20,000 nucleotides of DNA from contig JAVECO010000111.1 of NCBI GenBank assembly GCA_051942205.1, positions 57,899-77,898 on the forward strand, read 5' to 3'. Position 1 is the stretch's first letter, and every line of letters starts with the position of its first letter. The DNA is from Coniocarpon cinnabarinum (taxonomy: Eukaryota). The position numbers and the translations under genes were made by a program. The notes beneath the pieces were generated by a model, which did not search any database, was not told where the DNA came from, and was given only the letters and a program-made list of their open reading frames with translations. Shown in pieces: positions 10,243-19,453 of this stretch.

Positions 10243-11777
10243 ATGAACGGTCCCTTCCGCGGTGGCATGCAGGTGCATGCTGTGCCAGATGATGAGCGAG
10301 TCATCGATGCAAGCACAGGGGCGAAGCTGCCCTGGGGTTACTCATTCGCAGAGTGAGTTTGTTTACTTCAAAATACGCTGCTTTAGAGGCATCAGAGGAT
10401 GAGGATGTGAATCAAAATGCTAATCAGAATAGCCCATCTCTCAACAAGCCCAATGCGCGGACAGTCCGTGAGACCGGTCCCTTTGGCAAACCCACCATTC
10501 GCCGTTCACTCTCCAGAGCCTCTCGTCAATCACGGACCGTTACACCCGCTGGCCCCAGCGTCGATCCAGATAAGCTTGGCATGCAGAAAGAGCAAGATGC
10601 TGTCTTTGGCGAATGGCGCAATACCCTTGAAAGCTCCGCTCCTCGCAATCGCACCGCCGCCCCTTCAAAACGTCCCGCCTCCTTTGACGCACAACTTCAG
10701 CGACAGAGCAGCCGGGATCTGATGCAGCCGGGGGCATCGCCTGAACACGCCATGGCTTCAACACAAGCGACGGCTGATGAGCCTCCTGCTTTTGCGGAAC
10801 CGACTGAGGTCCGGCTTTATGGCTTTCTGCCCAGTTCCCAGGCTGCTGCTATTGCGTTTTTTGAATCGGCATCGCGGGGGTATATCTATGAAGATTATGA
10901 TCGGGCGGTCGCCAACCCGCGTTTTGCGCAGTCGTCGATCCTCTCTCAGACGAATGCTCGCCGTGCGGCTGCAGCTCAAGCTCAAGGTCATGGAACAGGA
11001 ACGTCGGGCCTGACGCAAGCGTCTTTGCGCCGCATCAATGAATACAAGGGAGGTGATCACTGGATCAAAGTCACTTTCGACAGTCCACTGGCCGCCGAAC
11101 GCGCCATTGAAGCAAGTCCGCATCTCATTGGTGGATGTAATGTCCACGCTGAGCTCTGGCACGGTCAGCCACCCCGTGAAGACGTGCCTATACCGGCTCA
11201 ACAGACCAGAACGGCAGGGACGATGGGTCGACAGCCCTCGCGAGGTCGAAGAGACAGACGGCAAGATTTTGGAACGATGCCGGCGAGGATGCCAGCCGGT
11301 GGGTACGGTTTCAATCCTGCTGATAGCGCCAGCAGCACTGAAACCGCGGGCGCGTCTAGCAATACCGTCGATGCGTCCAGTAATACACTCGATGCTTCGA
11401 CGAGCTCAGCGACGCTGCCAGGAAATAATGAACAGCCAAACGGGGAGTTGCGCCAACGACAAACAGGCGAGCAGGCTGCGCCACGCAAACCCAAGATTAA
11501 AGGCGCCAGGACGATTACGCTACAGCCAAAGGAAAGCGCACTCATGCCCGTGGTGCCTCTTCGAGTGCAACTATTGCAAAGTATCCCGATATTAGGCACG
11601 ATGCTGGTGGGGTCAACGGCGCCGGAGGCCGCGAAGGAGAATGTAGATGAGGTTAAGCCTCTGCCCAGGAAGGAAGATGGGAGTGTGGACTGGGCGCGGG
11701 CGGGGTGGGTTTGGTATTTGCTGGGGTGGCTTGATTGGGTCACGGGTACTGATATTTGTGGGTTGCGAGAGGACTAG
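10243..11777 (+). CDS. NUP53: Nucleoporin Nup53/Nup35/Nup40-like (RRM-type domain, C-terminal amphipathic membrane-binding segment); 2 exons 10243-10352 and 10433-11777; about 484 aa
   Basis: RRM-like elements PTEVRLYGF...AAIAFFE...GYIYEDYDR and GGDHWIKVTFDSPLAAERAI...IGGCNVHAELW lie within disordered regions. The C-terminus is Trp-rich (WVWYLLGWLDWVTGTDICG). An 80-nt intron at 10353-10432 (GTGAGT...GCTAAT...ATAG) joins exon 1 MNGPFRGGMQVHAVPDDER..LPWGYSFA in frame (1455 nt total). Confidence 0.8.
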
Positions 11778-12139
11778 ATCAATGTGTGTAAGTGGCGTCG
11801 GAAGATACCCATATCAGTCGAGATGAGGAGGTAATAGATTTGCTCACTTTTCTGCTTTAGCCTTGGTCTTTTAGACCTTGTCGCTGAGCTTGCGGTGGAT
11901 GACTTGCTGACTTGAGTCATGGATTATCTCTAAACACTGGACAGCGAGTGGCTGAGCTGGTCAGGCTACTTCTCCCATCACGTGAATCTGACTTTGTACC
12001 AGCCAAATTAACATCATGTTGAGTGCCTTGTATGCCTTGTAAAGACAGGTGTTGGAATCAGAACTCATCACTGTCTCCACACCTTTCGAAAAACAAATTC
12101 ATCAGCTTAAAAACCTGGAAAATATGAAAGAATACTGGT

Positions 12140-15100
12140 ATAGGGGACTCCAATGTCGATACAGCGACTAAGAACTGCTAAGTAAACCGCGCGTGGACAT
12201 TGTCAGCTGATGGGAGATGATGACGACGAACAACATTTTGCAAACGCTTTGAAGACGCTCACAATGCTCGCAGCGCTTCGGACGTGTTTCGACAATGCTG
12301 CGACATGGCAAATCTTACTGCCCCCTACATTGCGAATCAGAGAAACGAGCTCGATATCAAAAGACTGTGTAAAGTCGGAGTCTGCCATTCGTTGGATATG
12401 ATGCATTGTACAATTCAATTGACAAGTCAAAGATAATAATTACCATATCACTCAATCCGACTTTTCACAAGTCACATTCACGTGATATTACCTGTCTTGC
12501 ATTCTTGAGCAATAGCTATTTGAGCTAGAGCTCACGACTAACTCTGCAATTCCTGATATAAGTCAATTAGTTTAGCTACCTGCACTGGAACACTATTTCT
12601 ATGCAGGGGACACAGGCAAGCCACGCGTGGACGTCAAGTGATGAGAGATGATAATGACGCAGGGCATCATTCAAAGCTTCGACAATGCGCACCATACTTC
12701 GACAGTGCTGCACGATGCTCGACATTGCTTCCACATGGCAGCTATCATTGGCTCTTGGAATGTCTGATGAACAGCAAAGCTGAGAATCCGAAGACTGTGT
12801 AATGCTATCCCATTAGTCGGCCAGAGTATGTTAAATATTGGATGCCGAAATGTGCTGTCACATTAACATATTGAAACAAGAGCTTCCGTGTCCATATGAC
12901 GTTTCAAAAACTAGATGCTGCATGATGACCGTCTTCCATTCTATTAAGGACGAAAATTCTACCCATACTTGACGATAGAGTTCAGGGGCCACAGACGAAG
13001 ATACAAAGACAAAGACTGCACGATGATTACGCTTGGACATGTTCACGTGATGAGAGACGGTATGAGACATGGCGATGATGAACAGCATCATACAAGTACG
13101 GCGACAATGCTCAACGATGCTTCGAAACTGCTTTTCATATGGCAGATAACAAATATCGAGACCCTTTCGCGTTTTTGCAAATGAATAGGCTGGACGTCGC
13201 AGGAATCTCCTGAGACCCATGGCGGGTAGAAGTCTTCCGCTGCGCATCGGGTGTAGAAATCTGCTATTACGTTAATCGGTAATAGAATCAGATTTACTAT
13301 ATACTGTGAGATGTCTTCCAGACTCAAAGTCTGCATCGATTATCTTTTGTTCTATTAACGAGAGTAATTGTAGACTAAAGATCTGACTGTAACAAGCGAG
13401 GGGTCATAAATGGAGATATAAGAAAGACTGTCAAACAATACGCTTGAACATTATTAACTGATAAGAGATAACAACGAACGGTATTATTCAAATGTTGGGA
13501 CACTGCTTTAAACGTGCCCGACAATACTGAATGATACTTCAACATGGCAAAATCCAAGCCCGTGAATTGGTGCCATGGCAGAATCAGCTGTAAGTCAAGG
13601 GATTTTCTCAGATTGTCCCCTGAGTCACTCCGAGTATGCAGAATCTTTCATAGCGTACTGGATGCAGTAAGTCTCGTGCATCCAGACTGCTGTCACGCTA
13701 CTGAGTCGTAGAATGGCAGAAGCCGTATTCCTCGATATGTCCTTCAAGCCAAAGTCTGCGTCAACATCGCCCTTATACTCTATTGATAACAACATTTATG
13801 GACCAAAGAGGTCAAGACGCCAGGGACACAGAGAGAGACGCGAAGATTAAAGACAGCAAACGATAAGGACTGCAAAGGAATTACGCTTTGACATCTTGGA
13901 GTGGTGAGGGATGGCGACGAACTGCATTTCAAACATGCTTCAGAAAATCTCAACATGGTCAACAATACTTTAACTGGCAAGTGCGACCGCCCCTCACCTT
14001 TTGTCGAGAAATGAGAGCTGTACGTCGAAGAAGTTGCAATGCCATGTCCTGATTCGAATAGAAAACTAAAATGTTAGATTGCATGAGTCTGTTATTAGAG
14101 TAACAAATCATGGCGGAGTAGTTGCTGTATTGCTTAATATTTATTTTAGCTAAGGTCTGTATGATGGCTGTCTTGGTATCGTAGATAACAGTGCTTGTGG
14201 TCTAGAGGTGTGACGTTGATTGTGGAGGGGATATGGATGGGCATGCGGAGATCGAGACTGTCACGCATGAGCAAAGGGATCAATATGTTAGAGACGGATG
14301 TGATACTTGTCATCATTCGAATGTCATGACACTGCTTTGACACTGCTTCGACGGTCTTTGAGAAGCTCCGAAGTGCAAGGGTAAACGTATGAATAGCCCC
14401 TCGAGTCTTTGTTCGTAGTCCAATAAGCTTGCTAATCGAAAAGCAGTGTAGATGATCCCCTAAATCGTCCGGAGTGTGCTTTCTTTTGCAGAGTATTGGA
14501 TGCAGTACAAAGAGAGGTGTCGTATTACTCGAAACGCCTTTAGAGGCCAAAGTCTGCGCAATGACTCTCTCCTATTCTATGGGGGACAAGAGCTTTAATC
14601 GCCCGAAACATTGGCAGAGCCAGGGGACAGATGCACACGCAAAGACAATTCGCGAAAGATTTGCGCTCTGATGGTGTCAAGTGTTGAGAGATCATGACGA
14701 TGATGATGATGATGATGATGACGAAAAGCACGTTCCACATCATCATAATTAGCAAAGTGAAGTACCTCATGGGCTTCCTTGACTAAGAGACGAGCTGTGA
14801 GTAAAATCATTGTGTAAGATCATCCCCTGGGCCCGAGTGTGATGCACTAGTCCGCAGGCCGTGACATGCAGTATGATCTGCTCTCACATTAACAGCATCA
14901 TGGTATAACAACGTCTAAAAACAATCGAGAGCCTTTAAACGTAATGAACCAAGATGGCTTAAAAATGGAAATATGACTGGTGAAATCATGCTAGGAACTT
15001 GAGTGTAGTGTAAAAGAAGCAGAAGATTCTGAGTAGGGGCTGCAATGCTGGCAACCATTAAGAGCATTGCGCGTTATCTGCTCACTACCAGATTTGATGA

Positions 15101-17295
15101 TGCAGGGCATTTCACAGATTTAACGCTGCCATACGTCACGATGCCTGCAGCTTAGTGTTCTCATTTTAATTTCTGCATCTCCTTCTGTATATTCCCTTAG
15201 CTCGTAAAAAATCCCCGAAGGCAATATGTGTTATTAGCGAAGTGATACCCCTAAAAAGATGTTATCAACGTTTACGCTTTCAAATAATTTCTTGGTAGGC
15301 GAAAACTCTGCGTCTGGACGACGAACGAGACGGCTTTATAAACACTAGGAAATGCTAATGACATCTTTACTATTATGCTTGGGATAGAGATTTGACAGGT
15401 GATGTCATGTTATACAAGATCAGAATTGTAAGCCTATGGTACCCAGCCGCGAACGCCAGGGTGTAAGACATTTACATTGATGCAAGTGCATGTTGCGCTA
15501 TTAGTACTTGAGATATTACTCTCAACTGGGGTGAGAGATGCGATAATACACAGCATCTCACAGAGCTGATGATGAACAGCATTCCACAGCTTCAACGTTG
15601 TCCTACATCGTCCACTTCAACATCTCAGCGTCTACATCTGATTCTTCAGACCCCCTTTGAGCTCGTAAGAGATACGAGAAGGCGCATGTATAATCTAGCG
15701 AAATGATCCCCTCGGACAGCTATAATCCGCGCTCACGTTTGTGTACCTTTGTCTGATGCAGACGTATTTCGGATGCTTTGGACTGTTGAAAGAAATTCGG
15801 AAGTATTCAAAGCGATAAGGAACACAGTTGACCATTCTGCTTTGAAAAGTGGTCTGAAAGATAAGAGCGTGCATAAGAGAACAATGAAAAACCACTCAGA
15901 GAATCCTATTGACGCCCCGTAGGGGACACAGTCTTTGCATCGATGGAAGTGCATATTGCATACAGACTGATCATTGACGCTGGCTAATTGAGATGCTACT
16001 GAGTCGATGTGGTGCTGACTAGATGATGATGTCGGTCATCAAAGAATTTAAGATACTTGACACTTTTTCCAGGGTGGTTACTTTTCCAGAAACTTTGCAG
16101 GTATCCCCTCTTATCTTGCTATCGCCAGATTCAGACCCTCCAGATCGTTCATCGAGAATGCGCGAAAGATCAAGGTACGTTAGTCTGCTTTTGCATCCTG
16201 AGAGAGGGGCTTTTGGTGGAAAGGCCTTGGCACCTTGCCGGTGCCATCTTTAAATTAGTCAAGGCGAGACTCGGGCAAATAATAGCCCGCAAAAAATAAT
16301 CGTATGCTTATTACTTCAAGACTTTATTCGATATCTTGATCAAGAGACGCGCATTTAAACATCAGAGATGCCATAGCATGGGCATTGCGTTCAAGGGGAT
16401 GCACAGTACATCAAAGTCCTACTGAGCAAAATGGATCTTTGGTATCGCTTCTTGCGGAGTGACGACAGTAATGTCAATCTTCATCGATAGACCTTTGAGC
16501 TCGTGAAAAATGTGAAGGCACCTGTCCAATTTTAGCGAAGCAATCCCCTTGGACAGCTGGAATCCAGTGCACTTTTGCAAATGCATGATCTCTAGGATGA
16601 AAACGTGGTTTCACTTTCTCAGACTAATGATGCAGCCCAAGTGCCAGTCAGGGAGTCGAGCGACCCACTTCAGACGGTTAATTCAAATACCCCGGAATGT
16701 AAGTGACAGCCTGAGTAACAGAATCGATGATTTAACAGCGAGCAACGGAGAACAACAGGGGCAGAGTAACTTCATGTGGAATTAAGCATCTCTACTCGCT
16801 TAGTCCGCCGATCGAAAAAGATAGCGCTTCTGACTTGACGCAGAAGTGATGATTGTCATTGAAGGATGTGATGTGTGACTCCATCGTTGGAGAGGATCGG
16901 AGGGACGCATGACTTCGCGGCAGTATCGCCCCTGCGAAGGCCTCAGTCAGTTGATCTTGTGTGAAAAATTACTGGTCTGCTTTAGTAGATTACTTGTTTC
17001 ATATCGGAATGAAAAAAAGGCCGAGATTGGCACGTGAGCGGATCGAACCTCATGAAAGCAATAAATCGCGCCTAGCGTTAACTTTACGGGCTGCAGCACA
17101 CACATATCCTCAATAGACAATTAGTAGGATAGACCAAGGGGATCTCCGTATGTTTCAATGGTCTTCAAGCTTGACTGAAACGTTTTGGTCTCCTCACATT
17201 ATGCTGCCATGGTCATGATGATGGTCATCACCGCACCTTTGGATGAATATCACACAAGTAAACCAGATGTAGAGAAAAGACCTTTCGCCCCTCTG
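12140..17295. repeat. Highly diverged tandem array of about 11-13 units with ~420-bp period, non-coding
   Basis: The AGGG(G) anchor recurs at 12142, 12605, 12984, 13399, 13822, 14226, 14622, 15035, 15458, 15921, 16394, 16757 and 17137 (spacings 363-473). Further shared blocks follow in the same order: (A)GACTG, ACGC(G/T)TG(G/A)AC, GTGATGAGAGATG-like (12207, 12638, 13047, 13458, 13901, 14285, 14681, 15528), GA(T/C)GAAC.GCAT, (C/T)ATGGCA, ATCCCCT-like, TGGATGC and CAAAGTCTGC (13325, 13750, 14548; variant 14151). Units 1-7 are clear; units 12-13 are weak. Confidence 0.8.
14699..14719 (+). repeat. (GAT)7 microsatellite within array unit 7
   Basis: Seven perfect GAT copies flanked by GAC, at the position where other units have a short GATGATGA/GACGA run. 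Confidence 0.9.
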
Positions 17296-17593
17296 CAATG
17301 TGGGAGAAGGTGTGACAAGTGAACCTGTCGTGCGTCGTTTGGCACAAGCGTGACCAGGTTCCGCAAAGGAAGGCATAAAGCAAGGAATGAAGCAATGAAG
17401 CAAGAAATGACTGCATGGACGAATAAACGAACGAGTGAGAGGGCAAACATGGAATAAGACTTCTTCGTCCAGACCAAACGCAATGGATTACCAGAACCCA
17501 TTATTCGTTCAAGGTCTGAGCCCCCTCTTGAACCACGAGAGCACGTTAGTATCACGTGGTAAGTAATCCAGCGCTCAGGTCACGAAGCGTGCC

Positions 17594-17845
17594 TCACCCA
17601 CTTCCTCCCTGACCACTTCCTCCCTGACCACTCCCGCCTTGTCCGCCACTTCCGCCTCCACCGCCACTTCCGCCTCCCTGATTCTTACTGCTGCTCCCAA
17701 TACTCGTGATCTTTTCCACGCCCTTGGTCATCTTTTCGCCAATCTTGCGCGTGATCCGCGTACCCTCTCTGGGTGGAGGGTGGGTGGCGTGGTATCTTGC
17801 GCGATCCTCGGCTTCTTGACGGGCCTTGTCGGCGTCTGAAGACAT
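17594..17845 (-). CDS. Small hydrophilic protein (about 83 aa) with Gly/Ser/Gln-rich tail; function unknown; C-terminus may be altered by splicing
   Basis: Strong Kozak context (CGCCGCC-ATG-TCT) and a TATA-like CATATAAAAGA about 180 nt upstream. The N-terminal half is charged (MSSDADKARQEAEDRARYH...), followed by codon-phased GGQGGSG repeats. Confidence 0.7.
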   Translation of the reverse strand: MSSDADKARQEAEDRARYHATHPPPREGTRITRKIGEKMTKGVEKITSIGSSSKNQGGGSGGGGGSGGQGGSGQGGSGQGGSG

Positions 17846-18021
17846 GGCGGCGTGGTTGCTGGGTCGATTTTAGCCGGAGATAGAGATCGGCTCGTGGCGA
17901 GGGAATGGGTGGATATTGAATGAACCAACAAGGGATTTATCTCTGGAAGTCGAGTGTTGATGATGAGGGGAGTACAAGTAGCGTTTGTAGTGATGCTGGG
18001 AAGTCATGGCTGCATGGCGTT

Positions 18022-18034
18022 CTTCTTTTATATG
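18022..18034 (-). promoter_or_regulatory. Putative TATA box of the small Gly-rich gene
   Basis: The minus strand reads CATATAAAAGAAG about 180 nt upstream of the ATG at 17845. Confidence 0.45.
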
Positions 18035-19453
18035 TTGCGGATGTGGTGGATACTGCAAAGGACAGGTGGCGTCGTTGTATTTCTTGAGAGTGCGTGTTTC
18101 ATCTTGCATCAGAGAGGGGGGCAAGTTCCTCTTGCGCATTTCATGAAGCCCCCGAAAAGAAGACAAGTAGACGACTGGATCTGAAAGCGTCGATACAGTG
18201 ATAGCTAGCTGGGTGACTCTATTAGCTGTTTGAGCATGTTCGATGGCTTTTAATAGAACAGGCCAAGTGTGACACAGCAATGCGTGGTCAGTGAAGCATG
18301 AAGAAAAGGACAAGTAGATCTTTGAGCACAAAAGCGGCCGCTGTGGTGCGCACGGCTGTTAGCCTAAACGAAATGACATCTGTACGATTTCCTAGATGTA
18401 GCCGTTCTACGCGAGGGGGACCACTCGATGAGTCCGGAACCAACTTGAGTCTGCTGGCTTAGCTGCTGGTGGCCTACCACACTTGCCATCCGATGAATGG
18501 CTTAGTAAAGATCGAGGCTCGATTTCCTTTTCCACAACTCATTTACTAATCTACTGATCTGTATCCATCTTATTTGATTCTCTGCCGCAGCGAGCCCTGC
18601 TGAAGCGCGATGCTAAGTCCACAAAGGGTGAACAATGAGTCAGACACCGATTGCTAAGACTGTCCAAGCCCCATCGTCGTAGCAAGTCAAGGTGCTCGTG
18701 GGCGGTCCGCGTCTTGTTGGGTATGTCTGGCACCCACGCGGGACGAAGCACAAATCCCCGATGAGCCAGTCAGCATCATTGGCATGAGCGAATCTTCTTT
18801 TCCTCGAGTTCGAGAGCGACCGAAACGGAGTGGCGCGCGGTCTATGACCTAAGATAGAAAATGCTGAAGCATGCATGTGCTCACGCTTCTATTTTTCTTA
18901 CAACAAGCGAAGCGGCAATCCTTCGGAGTGGTCGGGCGCAGTGGTGCTGTTGGCTAACTCGTGAAGTCCGTTGAGTCGCTGCTATCAGCCGCATATGGGG
19001 CGGCCCGCTTGTTATGGCACAGATAGGCAAGAGGGCATCCGGAACGACGGATATGCCGCCTGCCAAACCCTGTGCCGGTATTTGCTTGCATCTTAGTGAG
19101 GAGCGATGTGTTTCACAAGCGCGGTGTATGTTTCTGACTTTTGCAAGACAATTCAAGCCTGTGCTTTGGCTTTCCTAAAGATCATTGTAGCCACGTATCG
19201 CAACTGAGAGTAGCGTATGGGGCTGTCTGTTGATGTGTTCGTTGCCTTCTGCGGCTCGGCTATGCTCGCGCGAACGTGCGGCCTGATGCGCGTTCAGAGC
19301 CGGCTGTCTCTATGAAACGCTGATCGATGTCTGATTTGCAAACGAGGAGCGAGTTGTCTGTATGGAGACAGAGCAGTGATTGTGCGAAATGGACCCTGGA
19401 GTTCCAAGAGATCGTTGGTAAGAGTCACGTGAGCAAAAGATATTTATCACGTA

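Noticed and set aside
10353..10432. N-terminus 'MSLFTSKYAALE...' given by the ORF track for the Nup53-like gene
   Set aside because: It begins at GTG of a GTGAGT donor and has GCTAAT...TAG signals, so it is an intron; the real start is the ATG at 10243.
12203..16785. Short ORFs in the array as a family of small peptides or effectors
   Set aside because: Homologous motifs fall in different frames and strands between units, stops are scattered, and no signal peptide or Cys pattern is shared. A fully decayed coding origin cannot be excluded.
12200..16860. Array units as a polycistronic box C/D snoRNA cluster (RTGATGA at 12638, 13047 and elsewhere)
   Set aside because: The box C-like motif is broken in several units (CTGATAA, GTGGTGA, GTGTTGA). 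There is no consistently placed CTGA box D with a terminal stem, and I recognise no rRNA-complementary guide. Not called without a snoscan or Rfam result.
12140..17295. CRISPR-like array
   Set aside because: The context is eukaryotic with no cas genes. The period is about 420 bp, the repeats are not near-identical, and the intervening sequence is itself homologous between units.
17870..19400. ORFs of 60-153 aa upstream of the Gly-rich gene
   Set aside because: No domain similarity or convincing splice structure; treated as promoter/intergenic sequence.
201..19432. Scattered (T)CACGTG E-box/CDEI-like motifs (about 203, 2184, 11979, 12479, 13044, 17031, 17553, 19425)
   Set aside because: Short palindromes without clustering or consistent position; not distinguishable from chance, and point centromeres are not expected in this group.
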